A DNA stretch of 64,000 bases. Origin: Deltaproteobacteria bacterium. Lineage in GTDB: Bacteria > Myxococcota_A > Polyangia > Polyangiales > Houyiibacteriaceae. This document shows, one piece after another, positions 9,806 to 19,301 of the stretch. The stretch is taken from positions 128,001 to 192,000 of the forward strand of contig JAXMNT010000001.1 in assembly GCA_034670305.1 (NCBI GenBank). The letters run 5' to 3'. Position numbers and translations under genes: made by a program. Numbering within the stretch: the first letter of the stretch is position 1; every line of letters begins with the position of its first letter. The notes beneath the pieces are model-generated. The model made no database searches and was not told the origin of the DNA. It saw only the letters and a program-made list of their open reading frames with translations.

Positions 9806-10312
9806 TCATCGGGTGGAGAAACTCTCGAGCATGGTGGCGAAGATCGGACGGGCGCGCTGGAATGGCGCACCCGGTGGGGCGACGAGCGCGAAGTCGTAGG
9901 TGCAGTTGTCCTTCTTGAGAACCACGAAGTAGAGCTCCCGCACGACCCCGTCGAGTTTCGCGCGGGCGTGGGTGTGCAGCGCCTCCCGGCCATCCATGGG
10001 CTGCAGTTCCTGCGACTCGATCTCCCGTTCGGTGAACCCCACGAAGAGATGGTTCGTCAGCGCGGTCAGTGGCACGTCGTACTCGACGCTGCACGTCGAG
10101 TTGGCTTGCACCACGGCACCGATCGACGCGCTCCGCCACGCGAGGTCGTTCTGGCGATCGACGTCGATCGATTGCCAGCCCTCGCCCGGGGCGCGCAGCG
10201 CGTAGCGGGTCTCCCCGTTGGCGTACTCTCCTTGGACGTAGGTGCCGCCGCCACTGCAGGCCGCAGTGAAGAAGCAAGAGGCCAGGAGGAGGCGTGACCA
10301 CAGAACCGTCAT
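9806..10312 (-). CDS. Lipoprotein of unknown function
   Basis: Signal peptide with lipobox TAAC-S; 168 aa. Confidence 0.75.
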   Translation of the reverse strand: MTVLWSRLLLASCFFTAACSGGGTYVQGEYANGETRYALRAPGEGWQSIDVDRQNDLAWRSASIGAVVQANSTCSVEYDVPLTALTNHLFVGFTEREIESQELQPMDGREALHTHARAKLDGVVRELYFVVLKKDNCTYDFALVAPPGAPFQRARPIFATMLESFSTR

Positions 10313-10384
10313 TCGGCGGCGAGCGTAGCAGTTCTGCGGAGGATGGCCGCTGGTGTTGGAGCCCCGACGGGGGTAGATCGCAGC

Positions 10385-10747
10385 ATGATCGTCGTCACCA
10401 ACCGCATCCCCGTCGCCGAGGGCCATGAGATCGACTTCGAAGACCGATTTCGCAAGCGAGTGCACCTCGTGGATCGGTCCCCCGGCTTCATTCGCAACGA
10501 GGTCCATCGTCCCCGGCCGATGAAGCTGGACCACGCCAGCGGGACCTGGACCGAGGACCCGGACAAGAAGGGCTACTACGAGGTCAAGACCTGGTGGCGT
10601 TCGTTCGAAGACTTCGTCGCGTGGACCAAGAGCGACTCGTTTCGTGAAGCCCATTCGAACCGGCCGCCGAAGGAGATGTTCCGCGGTCCGAACGAGCTGA
10701 CGATCCACGAGTGCTTTCTGAGCACGGACGAGGACGACGGAGTGTGA
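10385..10747 (+). CDS. ABM-family monooxygenase (IsdG/HmoA-like)
   Basis: MIVVTNRI...FEDRF..R...PGF...W.S.EDF.AWTKSDSFREAH; Asn/Trp/His positions typical of IsdG-like enzymes. Confidence 0.85.
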   Translation: MIVVTNRIPVAEGHEIDFEDRFRKRVHLVDRSPGFIRNEVHRPRPMKLDHASGTWTEDPDKKGYYEVKTWWRSFEDFVAWTKSDSFREAHSNRPPKEMFRGPNELTIHECFLSTDEDDGV

Positions 10748-11559
10748 GCCACCGCCGACTTCTCGGCGAGGGGCGCAGCGCCCGCGTCTGGGAGATGCCG
10801 CATCCGACGTGGAAGTCCGTGGCATGCAAAGAAGGGCCGCCGGTGGAGGCCCTGCGGCGTGAACACGAGGCGCTGACCCGGTGCGCGCATGGTGGGGTCG
10901 TCCGTTCGTATGGACTCGCCGGCGAGGCCCTGCTGCTCGAGATCATCGAGGCGTCCGACGCGCACGGGACCGATGCGTTCGAGTGGGTGCGCGGCCGGCC
11001 GCCGGTCGTCGAGGAGAACGTGCCGCGGCGGAACTTGCCGGTCGCGTTCGGCTACGACCAGCAGGAGGAAGGCGAGAGCGCGTACGTTTCCTGCGGCCCG
11101 GTCGGGTACGCGCGGCTTCGCGTCATGATCGACGCGCTCGCGGCCTCGCTGCGCGCGGTCCATGCCGCGGGGTACGTTCACCTCGACGTCTGCGGCGACA
11201 ACGTCCTCGTCGAACAGCCGAGCGAGCGGGTGGTGCTGATCGACTTCGACCTCGCCCGCCCGTTGGCGGACGGCGCCCAATCCGGGATGTCGTTTGCGGG
11301 GCGCGCCGCGCACATCGCGCCTGAGCTCGGTCGTGGCGAGGTGTCTCCGGCCAACGATTGGTATGGGCTCGGCGTGTTGGCGTTCGAAGCCGCCAGTGGA
11401 CAGCTGCCCTTCATCGGGGGCGGCGGGGAAGTGCTCGTGCGCAAGCAGAGCCTCGAAGCGCCCAGACTCTCCACCGTGCTCGAGGACGTGCCGCCCGACC
11501 TCGACGAGTTGGTCGCCGGTTTGCTGAAGCGCTCCCCCCAGACGCGGTTGCGGCTCTGA
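10744..11559 (+). CDS. Short atypical Ser/Thr protein kinase
   Basis: LGEGRSARVW, VACK, HLDVCGDNVL, DFDLA, IAPE, DWYGLG. Confidence 0.8.
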   Translation: MSHRRLLGEGRSARVWEMPHPTWKSVACKEGPPVEALRREHEALTRCAHGGVVRSYGLAGEALLLEIIEASDAHGTDAFEWVRGRPPVVEENVPRRNLPVAFGYDQQEEGESAYVSCGPVGYARLRVMIDALAASLRAVHAAGYVHLDVCGDNVLVEQPSERVVLIDFDLARPLADGAQSGMSFAGRAAHIAPELGRGEVSPANDWYGLGVLAFEAASGQLPFIGGGGEVLVRKQSLEAPRLSTVLEDVPPDLDELVAGLLKRSPQTRLRL

Positions 11560-11632
11560 GGGCCGCTCGCGGTCGGTGGCTCGGGCACGCCCGCGCGTGG
11601 ACGCAGAGGGCCGTCCGTGCTTCCTTCCGCGC

Positions 11633-12544
11633 ATGCGTTTGCGGTTTGCCTCGAAGGTCTGTCTGGTGGTGGTGCTCGCGGGCTGTGCGTCGCGGCAAGA
11701 ACAGGGGCCCGAGACGCCCGACCAGTTCGTGCGCGAGATGCCGCCGGCCTCGGAGATCCGCAACCTGCGCACCGGGGAGACCGTCTCCGAACAGGAGCTG
11801 CTCAGCGATCTGCTGAGCGCGCGCGTCGTCTACCTCGGGGAGTCGCACGACGAGACGATGGATCACGCCATGCAGTACCGGCTCCTCCGGTTGCTCTACG
11901 CACAGGACCCCGCCCTCGCAGTTGGCATGGAGATGTTTCAGGAGCCGTTTCAGCCGGCGCTCGATCTCTGGTCTCGCGGCGAACTCGACGAAGTGGCGCT
12001 CCGCACCCGCACCGAATGGGACGACCGCTGGGGTTTCGACATCCGCCACTACCGGCCGCTCCTCGAGATGGTGCGGGCGCACGGCATTCCGTTCTGGGCG
12101 CTCAACGCGCCGCGCGAGCTGACCCGAGCGGTCGCGCGGGGTGGCTTCGAGGGGCTCACCGACGAACAGCGCGCGCAGCTGCCCGAGCACCTGGGCATCG
12201 ACGACGCGGCCCACCGCGCCATGTTCAACGAAGCGATGGCCGATCATCCGCATGCGCACGACGCGGCGGCGCTCGATCGGCTCTACCACGCGCAGGTCGT
12301 CTGGGACGCCACGATGGCGCGCAACGTCGGACGCGGACTCGCGGCCGGCGCGTCCCGGATGGTCGTCCTGGCCGGTTCGATGCACGTCCGGGCCGGGCTC
12401 GGCATCCCCAAGCGCGCCGAGTCTTCTGGCGGTCGCCCGTACCGCGTCGTGTTGCCGGTCGACGCCGACGACGCCGACGCGATCGAAGCACTCGAAGAAG
12501 CCGACCCGCGGCCCGCGGACTACCTCTGGATCTGGTCCGACTGA
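11633..12544 (+). CDS. ChaN-family lipoprotein
   Basis: Lipobox LAGC; VVYLGESHD, GMEMF, ALNAPR, AQVVWDATMA, LAGSMH. Confidence 0.85.
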   Translation: MRLRFASKVCLVVVLAGCASRQEQGPETPDQFVREMPPASEIRNLRTGETVSEQELLSDLLSARVVYLGESHDETMDHAMQYRLLRLLYAQDPALAVGMEMFQEPFQPALDLWSRGELDEVALRTRTEWDDRWGFDIRHYRPLLEMVRAHGIPFWALNAPRELTRAVARGGFEGLTDEQRAQLPEHLGIDDAAHRAMFNEAMADHPHAHDAAALDRLYHAQVVWDATMARNVGRGLAAGASRMVVLAGSMHVRAGLGIPKRAESSGGRPYRVVLPVDADDADAIEALEEADPRPADYLWIWSD

Positions 12545-12626
12545 ATTCTTGGGGCTTTGCCCCGCAAGGAGATGCGCGCATCCCCCTCGGACAACAAACA
12601 ACGCTCGCTTCGCGAGACGGGCGGAC

Positions 12627-14120
12627 CTAGCGTTCGCTGCGGATCCAGTGGAGGAGTTCGCGTTGGTCGAGCGGGTCGTCGCTCATCGCGGCGAGCAGAC
12701 CCGAGGCGTCGCCCCCGCCGGACAAGAACTCGGTTGCCCGCACAAGGGCATCGGGTTCCCGGGCGAGCACCGCGGCCACCATCGCGTAGCTCTGGTGGTA
12801 GGCGAACCGGGCGCTCTGCGCATCTTCGATGACGACGAAGCTGCCTTCGATCGAAGGGAAGGGGATCAGCGATCCTTCCCGCGCCACGAGCGCGAGCCAA
12901 CGTTGCAGGTCGGGTGGCGGCCGCTGGTGAAACCGCTGCGCCACGCCTTCGTGAAACCACAGCGGCGCACTCGGTGCGGCGAACCGCAGCTGCGCGTGGA
13001 GACTCTCGTGCCGCAAGACATCCCGCTCGCTCGGCGCGCCGATGGTCGGGCGGGCGATGCGCAACGACCCGTCGAACATCGCGGCCGTCCAACTGGAACC
13101 GCAGGTGGCCTGTCGGAACGCCGACCGGGACCCGTACACGAAGACGTTCAGCGCGGGTCGGCGTGGTCCGCCGAGCAGCTCCGAAGCCTCGTCGAGTGCG
13201 CCGATGACCGTGTGATGGATGCGCAGCACCTCCGCGGGTTCCATGTCGGGCGGATGGTGGAGATCGACCCCGTCGCGCTGCACCGGATCGAGTGCGTTCT
13301 CGATGCGGGCGCGCCGCTCGACGAGGGGCCGGATGGCATCGGCCCAGGCACACTCCGGAACCTCGCGGCGGTACGCGTCGAGTGCGTTCAGCGCGTCGCG
13401 CCCATGGCCCTGCCGAACCTCCAAGATGGCGAGTGAGAGCGCGACGCCCGGCCATTCCGCATCGCGCGACACCGCCCTGCGCAGCGCGTCGCGTTGGGCG
13501 ACGTCGTCTCGCTTGCGACCGGCCCAGACCGCACGGGCCAGCGCACCGAGGGCACTCGTGGACGCTTCGATGCGCTCGAGCCGCTCCAGACGCGCCTCGG
13601 CCTCTGGTTCGTCGTCGCGCACCATCGCGTGCACCATGCTCCAGAACGCACCTGCCGCGGCGTGGTCGTAGCCCGCCGCATCGGTGCGGTCCGGGGCACG
13701 CTCCAGCGCCGCCAGTCCGGCGTCCACGTCTTGGCCCGAGAGCACCGAGCGCACCCCCTGCCTCAGCGTGTCGCTGGCGTCCTCCGGCAGCGCGTACGCC
13801 CGGTCGCGCAGCTCTTCTTGGACGAGGGTCACGGCGTGACCGAGGTTCTCGCCCGAGGGCCGCACCCCTTCTCCGCACCCGGGCAACTCCAATCCGGGCA
13901 GTCGCAAGGTGCCGCCCGACGCGCCCGACTCCGCCTGAGGTTCAGGCGCTTGCTCCAGCGCACCCGACGCGGATGCTTCGGCTTCCGCGGTCGGCCGCGG
14001 CACCGGCGGTTCCGGCGCACGTGGATCCCAGTGGGGGCTGGAACGCAGGATCCCGAACACGGCCACCCCCACGAGCACGAAGGCGAGCGCGAACAGACCC
14101 TTCGCCGTCCTCGGAGTCAC
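12627..14120 (-). CDS. Membrane-anchored TPR + gluzincin (peptidase MA-like) protein
   Basis: N-terminal TM helix; HESLH (HExxH) followed by PLWFHEGVAQ; AYHQSY. Confidence 0.8.
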   Translation of the reverse strand: MTPRTAKGLFALAFVLVGVAVFGILRSSPHWDPRAPEPPVPRPTAEAEASASGALEQAPEPQAESGASGGTLRLPGLELPGCGEGVRPSGENLGHAVTLVQEELRDRAYALPEDASDTLRQGVRSVLSGQDVDAGLAALERAPDRTDAAGYDHAAAGAFWSMVHAMVRDDEPEAEARLERLERIEASTSALGALARAVWAGRKRDDVAQRDALRRAVSRDAEWPGVALSLAILEVRQGHGRDALNALDAYRREVPECAWADAIRPLVERRARIENALDPVQRDGVDLHHPPDMEPAEVLRIHHTVIGALDEASELLGGPRRPALNVFVYGSRSAFRQATCGSSWTAAMFDGSLRIARPTIGAPSERDVLRHESLHAQLRFAAPSAPLWFHEGVAQRFHQRPPPDLQRWLALVAREGSLIPFPSIEGSFVVIEDAQSARFAYHQSYAMVAAVLAREPDALVRATEFLSGGGDASGLLAAMSDDPLDQRELLHWIRSER

Positions 14121-14130
14121 CGGTCGAAGA

Positions 14131-14733
14131 TCAGCGCGCTTCGAGCACGGACAACGAGACCCGCACCGCCCGGCGCAGGTCGTCCATCGGCACACCGGCG
14201 CGGCGCATCATGCCGAGCCCATGCAGCGTCCCGGTGAGGTGCACGGCGACGTCGCGCGCTTCCAGATCGGCGACCTCGCCCTTCTCGAGTGCGTTGGTGA
14301 GCGCGTGTTCGAAGGCCGCGTTGGTGCGGGCGAAGAACTGTTGCACGGCGAGGGCGACGTCGTCGTCCTGGCCGCCGAGTTCCATGCAGATGCGGCCGAC
14401 CATGCAGCAGCGCTTCGGCTCGGAGTCTGCGCTCGGCTCGCCGCCCAGGCCTGCGAAGAACTGGTAGATGGCCGGCAGACTCGCGTCTTCTTCTTCGAGC
14501 ACCGCGAGCTTCTCGCTCGCGCGCTCCATGTAGCGGGTCAGGGCTGCGAGAAAGAGCGACCGCTTGTCCCCGAACGTGTTGTAGAGGCTCTGCCGGCTGA
14601 TCCCCATGTGGCACAGGAGTGCCTGCAACGAGGTGGAGCCGTACCCATCGCGCCAGAACAGGTCGAGCGCCCTTTCGAGCACCGCGTCCGTATCGAAGTT
14701 GCGAGGTCGTCCGCCCATGCGTTCAGTCATCAT
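14131..14733 (-). CDS. TetR/AcrR-family transcriptional regulator
   Basis: GRPRNFD...ALDLFWRDGYGSTS...MGISRQSLYNTFGDKRSLF. Confidence 0.92.
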   Translation of the reverse strand: MMTERMGGRPRNFDTDAVLERALDLFWRDGYGSTSLQALLCHMGISRQSLYNTFGDKRSLFLAALTRYMERASEKLAVLEEEDASLPAIYQFFAGLGGEPSADSEPKRCCMVGRICMELGGQDDDVALAVQQFFARTNAAFEHALTNALEKGEVADLEARDVAVHLTGTLHGLGMMRRAGVPMDDLRRAVRVSLSVLEAR

Positions 14734-14801
14734 GAAGAACCCGCCGGGGTCGGTCAATTCCAGCCCGGCACATGGATGAGACGCGATGGGCGTCCCGACC
14801 G

Positions 14802-15386
14802 TTACTCCGACTCGTCGGTTCGACCGATCGAGATCGCCTGTTCAGTGTCGTCGCTGCGTCCCGCAGGCACCGGTTGGTCGACGCCCTCATCGGCAGGCGA
14901 CCCACCGCTCGGTTCGACAAGCGATGCATCGGGTGTGGACGCTGTGACGGGCGAAGCATCGGAGGACGCGTCGGCTTCGGGAGCGGGTTCGCTCGGGGAA
15001 CCCTTGGCGGTCTCCAGCGGGTGTTGCTCGGACGCCGCACCGTTCTTCATCTGACACCGGCCCTCGAAGTGCACGCCTTCGCCGATGAAGATGCGCTCGG
15101 TCTCGATGTCGCCGAGCACCGAACAGGGCGCATGCAACTCCACCAACTCGCGGGCGCGGATCGCGCCGCGCACGACGCCACCGAGCACGATGAGGGTGCC
15201 GACGTCGATGGTCGCGTCGATCGATGCGCCCTCGCCGACGATGAGGATGCCTTCGCTGAACACTTCGCCTTCGAAGCGGCCGTCGACGCGTACCCGTCCC
15301 TCGAAGGTCAGCTTGCCCTTGTACTCGGTGCCGCGACCGAGGAGGGCGCTGATCTCGCCGACGTGGGGTGTGAGATCGTTGCTCAT
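14802..15386 (-). CDS. Bactofilin (polymer-forming cytoskeletal protein)
   Basis: LLGRGTEYKGKLTFEGRVRVDGRFEGEV...GDIETERIFIGEGVHFEGRCQM, followed by an acidic tail. Confidence 0.88.
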   Translation of the reverse strand: MSNDLTPHVGEISALLGRGTEYKGKLTFEGRVRVDGRFEGEVFSEGILIVGEGASIDATIDVGTLIVLGGVVRGAIRARELVELHAPCSVLGDIETERIFIGEGVHFEGRCQMKNGAASEQHPLETAKGSPSEPAPEADASSDASPVTASTPDASLVEPSGGSPADEGVDQPVPAGRSDDTEQAISIGRTDESE

Positions 15387-15440
15387 GACAGGTTCAAGTG
15401 CGCGACGTGCGGCGGTGGAAAACGAACCGCACGCAGTCGT

Positions 15441-16784
15441 CTATTGCAGGGCGTAGCCAACCTGCACGCCGAAGTTGAGCGCCTTGTCGGTCATGGAGTC
15501 GCCGTCCGCGCCCGCGGGGCGGTCCGCCGGGCTCGCGCCCGCGCCGGTGAACGAGACGCCGTAGCGCGTGAAGCCGAACCGCGCACCGACCACGATGCCC
15601 ATCTCGAGCGTGGCCAAGAGCGACAGGCCGATGTCGAACCCATTCGCGGAAGCGTCCTCCCCGAAGGTCGGCGTGAGGTCGCCGACGCCGAACGTCAGCC
15701 GGTAGCCGACGTCGACGCGCGCCCGCAGCAACTCTTCGTACACACGCACGTCGCCGGCCAAGCCGATGCGGAGGAAAGTGTACTTGGAAGAACTCATCGA
15801 CGAGTTGTCCCCGAGGGAGAACGAGTCCAATCCGAACCCGAGCATCGCGCCGATGCGCGCGTCGTCGTCGCCGATTGGGTAGAGGTAGCCGACGTGCAGC
15901 AGAAACTGCATCGCGGTGGTGCTGAGCACGGGGCCGAAGCTCCCGTCCGAGAGTTGCTCTTGGCTCTTGAGGCCCAGGCTCACCCCGAAATCGACCTGGG
16001 CGTAGATGCCGCGGATCGCGCCGGCGCGATCACCCATCGGGTACGACGAGAGCTGCAGCGTGAGCACCCCGAAGGTGCCGGAGTCGTAGTCGCGGCCCCC
16101 CCCACCCAGCAGATCGAGCGCTGCATCTCGGGTGCGGCCGTCGAACCCGAGCAGTCCGACGAAGCGCGGCAGGCCACCTTCGGTGGCTTCCTCGTCCTCT
16201 TCTTCTGCCTCTTCGGCTTCCCAGGTCTGTCGCTGCGCGGCGGCGGCGGCGGCGGCGGCGGCATCGGCCTCTTCGCGCTCCCGCTGTTCCTGGGCTTCGC
16301 GGGCGGAGATCGCCTCGAGCGCCTGGTCGAGCGCTTCCGAAGCGGCGCGACCGATGCGCCCGAGTCGGGCGCGGCCGATCGGCGCGGGCCCTTCGCGCAT
16401 GGCGACTTCGTTGCCGATCGCGTCGTGGATCCGGATCTCGGTTCGGCCGCGGCTGCCGCGTCCGCGCACCCTGCCGCTCACGAAGAGCGAGAGTCCCATC
16501 TCCCGTGCCACCGAGGCCATGCCCGGCGCTTCGTCGAGGGTCGCGCCGGTGTTGCGCGCGTTGTCCTCCACCTCGGCACGCCCCATGAGGTTGATGCGCT
16601 CATCGATGGCGCGAATCACCGCGCTTCGGGCGGCAGACCCACGCGAGCCGCTGAACCGCAGCACGACGCCCGTGCGGTCCGACTGGGCTTGCACGGGCTG
16701 TGGGAGGGCGAGGACCACGGCGCACGCCACCAGGGCGGACGACGCCAACGGAAGGCGTCTTGCGAACGAAACGAAGGACGGCAT
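15441..16784 (-). CDS. Exported protein with probable C-terminal outer-membrane beta-barrel
   Basis: Signal peptide (VQA-Q); Ala/Glu linker; amphipathic beta-strands ending FGVQVGYALQ. Confidence 0.7.
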   Translation of the reverse strand: MPSFVSFARRLPLASSALVACAVVLALPQPVQAQSDRTGVVLRFSGSRGSAARSAVIRAIDERINLMGRAEVEDNARNTGATLDEAPGMASVAREMGLSLFVSGRVRGRGSRGRTEIRIHDAIGNEVAMREGPAPIGRARLGRIGRAASEALDQALEAISAREAQEQREREEADAAAAAAAAAQRQTWEAEEAEEEDEEATEGGLPRFVGLLGFDGRTRDAALDLLGGGGRDYDSGTFGVLTLQLSSYPMGDRAGAIRGIYAQVDFGVSLGLKSQEQLSDGSFGPVLSTTAMQFLLHVGYLYPIGDDDARIGAMLGFGLDSFSLGDNSSMSSSKYTFLRIGLAGDVRVYEELLRARVDVGYRLTFGVGDLTPTFGEDASANGFDIGLSLLATLEMGIVVGARFGFTRYGVSFTGAGASPADRPAGADGDSMTDKALNFGVQVGYALQ

Positions 16785-16871
16785 GCCGCGTTGTAGCGCG
16801 AGGACGGCCTTCGGTTCCAGTTGGAGTTCGAAGGGCGCTCGGCTTCGCTCCGCTCCGCGCGGCGAAGTCTT

Positions 16872-16924
16872 CGAGCGAAGCAGCACGCCCTGTCACGGAC
16901 GGGGTTTGGGGGCTGCCCCCAAGA
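16872..16924. repeat. REP-like repeat, inverted relative to the copy at 18056-18115
   Basis: cgagcgaagcagcacgccctgtcacggacggggtttgggggctgcccccaaga. Confidence 0.75.
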
Positions 16925-16927
16925 ATC

Positions 16928-17932
16928 TCACCGCACCAGGCCCTTGACCGCCGTGGTGCCGTCGAAGACGAGGCCGATCGAGACGCTTCGGCAGCGCCCA
17001 TCGATGCGATCGAGGTCCGCCGAACCATTCAGGATGATCTCGAGGGTGGCGGCGTCGAACTCGGTCACCTCGGCCAAGCGCATCGCGGTCTCCTCGACGT
17101 CGAGGCTTCCTCCGATGACCCCGCGGGCCAGGCCGGTTTCGGAGATGTCGAATCGCGAGCGGACCCGCTTGAGGTCGAGCTCCACGGTGTCCATCTCGAA
17201 CGGCACCGTGAGGGTCAACGACCCGGGTCCGGCGTCGAGGCGTCCGTCCACGATGCGACCGGCGAGGCTCACTCGAATGGTGGTGCCGTCGTCGAGGAAG
17301 GAGCGGGGGTCGAGGTCGAAGGTCTGTCCGGGCACGTAGCGGAAGTCGGCCATCAACATGGGCATCTCGACGCCTTCGGGCAGCAGACCGAAGAGCACGT
17401 CCACTTCGACTCGGTCGTCGTTGACGAAATCGTCGACGCCCCGCACCTCGAGCAGCACCAGCACGTTGCCGAGCCGCACGTTGCCGATGAGGTTCGAGCG
17501 GACGTGCAGCATCTCTTCTTGGCTCGCGAGCGTCGGTCCGAGGCGGTTGTCCACGCCGGGCTCGTTGTCCGGCGCCGGCGAGGTGAAGTCCTCGCGGCGG
17601 CAGGTCTCGAGGTCGTCGGCCGCGCTGACCCGATCGTCCAGGTCGAACCCGGGAACGATCGCCGGGTCGCCGCCTTCTTCGGCGGCGGCCACGTCCATGA
17701 AGTCGAGCACGTAGACGTAGGTCTCGCCGGTCAGCGGTCCGGCATCCGTGCCCGCGTCGGTTCCGCCATCGGTTCCTGCGTCGTCCGCCAGGACATCGTC
17801 GCCCGACGGGGCATCGACGGCGGCCGCGTCCAGCTGGCCCGCGTCCTCGTCCGGCGGGGGCTCCCGATCGGAGCACGCGCTGAGGACAACCAAGGAGCAG
17901 AGCAGAAGGCGAATCGAGTTCACGGAGGACAT
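16928..17932 (-). CDS. Lipoprotein with DAG-rich linker
   Basis: Lipobox LSAC-S; DAGTDGGTDAGTDAG linker; GFDLD and GVDN motifs. Confidence 0.8.
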   Translation of the reverse strand: MSSVNSIRLLLCSLVVLSACSDREPPPDEDAGQLDAAAVDAPSGDDVLADDAGTDGGTDAGTDAGPLTGETYVYVLDFMDVAAAEEGGDPAIVPGFDLDDRVSAADDLETCRREDFTSPAPDNEPGVDNRLGPTLASQEEMLHVRSNLIGNVRLGNVLVLLEVRGVDDFVNDDRVEVDVLFGLLPEGVEMPMLMADFRYVPGQTFDLDPRSFLDDGTTIRVSLAGRIVDGRLDAGPGSLTLTVPFEMDTVELDLKRVRSRFDISETGLARGVIGGSLDVEETAMRLAEVTEFDAATLEIILNGSADLDRIDGRCRSVSIGLVFDGTTAVKGLVR

Positions 17933-18007
17933 GGCAAACCGTACCCCGCGAACCGCCCCCTTCGCAGCCCCCAGCGAGCGCCACCTCACGTGCAACCCAC
18001 GTACACC

Positions 18008-18357
18008 TTGTTTCCCAAGACGGGCCTGGCTCGCTTCGCGAGACTGGCGGCCCTTTCTCTTGGGGGCACGGCCCCCAAACCCCGTCCCGGTGACACGGCT
18101 TGCTCGCTTCGCTCGGCTGCACCGTGTCGGTCTCGCGCCCGTCGCACCTGCACGTGCTCGCCGCCTCCTGCACTTGATGGGATGAAGAAGCATCTGTGGC
18201 GATTGGCGGCTGCGCGCGTCCAGGCGCTCCTATCGGCGCTCTCGGGGCGCGATTGGGGAGTGCACCAGTTGCTCGGCCTGCGGCCTGCGCAGGTGCACGT
18301 GTCGGTAAGCCTTTGTTTCCCAAGACGGGCCTGGCTCGCTTCGCGAGACTGGCGGCC
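18008..18357. repeat. 45-bp identical direct repeat (18008-18052, 18313-18357) with an embedded REP-like copy
   Basis: ttgtttcccaagacgggcctggctcgcttcgcgagactggcggcc occurs twice. Confidence 0.9.
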
Positions 18358-18387
18358 TTCGGCCTCCTCCTCGGTTTCGTGCCTTGA

Positions 18388-18437
18388 GGGCAAGGGCAGG
18401 GGCAGGGGCAGGGGCAAGGGCAGGGGCAGGGGCAAGG
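18388..18437 (+). repeat. (GGGCAR)n hexamer tract
   Basis: About 8 units of gggcaa/gggcag. Confidence 0.85.
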
Positions 18438-18546
18438 AGCGACGGCACGTGCTCCTTTTCAGGAATGGGGACGGGCGGCGGGACGTAGGTTGGGTACCCT
18501 GGATGCGGCGGCTGAATGTCCGTCGAGCCCACCCGTCGGAACTGTG

Positions 18547-19125
18547 ATGCGTTTTTTCACCCTCTTGCTCACCGCCTCGTGTTCGCTGTGCTTTGCGCCC
18601 CGCGCCGATGCGCAGGAGAGGGCGACCGACGAACATGGGGTGACCACGCAGCTCTTCGAGCACCCGGGTGCCGGCGTGCGGGGCGGAGAAGCGTGGGGCG
18701 AGGTCGATGCGCCCCTGACCGAGGTCCTGGCCGTGGTTCACGACTACGCCAACTACGCGGAATTCCTCCCACATTTCCAGACGTCGCGCGTCCTCGCCCA
18801 ACGCGGTCACCGGGCGCGGGTCTACATGGAAGTGAGCATTCTGCGCGGGAGCGCCACGCTTTGGGGGCAGTTGATGATCAACTCCCGAGAAGCCGGCGGC
18901 GCCCATGTGATCGAAGCCAGTCTCACCGAAGGAAACATGGACCACTTCGTGGCTCGCTGGGAACTCCGCCCGCTGGACGGCGGTTCCCGCACCCAGGTGA
19001 AGTTCCGCATCCTCGTCGAGCCCGATCTGCCGGTTCCAGCGCTCCTCGTGGGGGTGGAGAACTACAAATCCGCCCGCCGCACGATCCGCGTGCTGCGCGA
19101 GCGCATCCTCGCGATTCGTCCCTGA
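18547..19125 (+). CDS. Exported SRPBCC/START (polyketide cyclase-like) protein
   Basis: Signal peptide; VDAPLTEVLAVVHDYANYAEFLP; EGNMDHFVARWEL. Confidence 0.8.
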   Translation: MRFFTLLLTASCSLCFAPRADAQERATDEHGVTTQLFEHPGAGVRGGEAWGEVDAPLTEVLAVVHDYANYAEFLPHFQTSRVLAQRGHRARVYMEVSILRGSATLWGQLMINSREAGGAHVIEASLTEGNMDHFVARWELRPLDGGSRTQVKFRILVEPDLPVPALLVGVENYKSARRTIRVLRERILAIRP

Positions 19126-19156
19126 GCCAAGGGGCAGTGGCGGCAGGAAGAGACGT

Positions 19157-19185
19157 TTGACCCACTCGGGGGTGGGTGCTAGTTC
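19157..19185 (+). promoter_or_regulatory. Sigma70-type promoter of the atpF'FHAG segment
   Basis: TTGACC-17 nt-TAGTTC with TGn extended -10. Confidence 0.6.
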
Positions 19186-19301
19186 GCGCGCGCTTGGTGC
19201 TTCGGCCCGCTGCGACCGCGCGATTCCCTTGTTGGGTGCGGTCAATGGCCCCAGCACTGCCGTGACGCCTCCCGCACACGCTTCCCCCGACCTCCACGAC
19301 C

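Noticed and set aside
19186-19300. tRNA or riboswitch in the atp leader regions
   Set aside because: No cloverleaf, T-loop or recognisable aptamer consensus by eye; an Rfam scan would be needed to exclude it.
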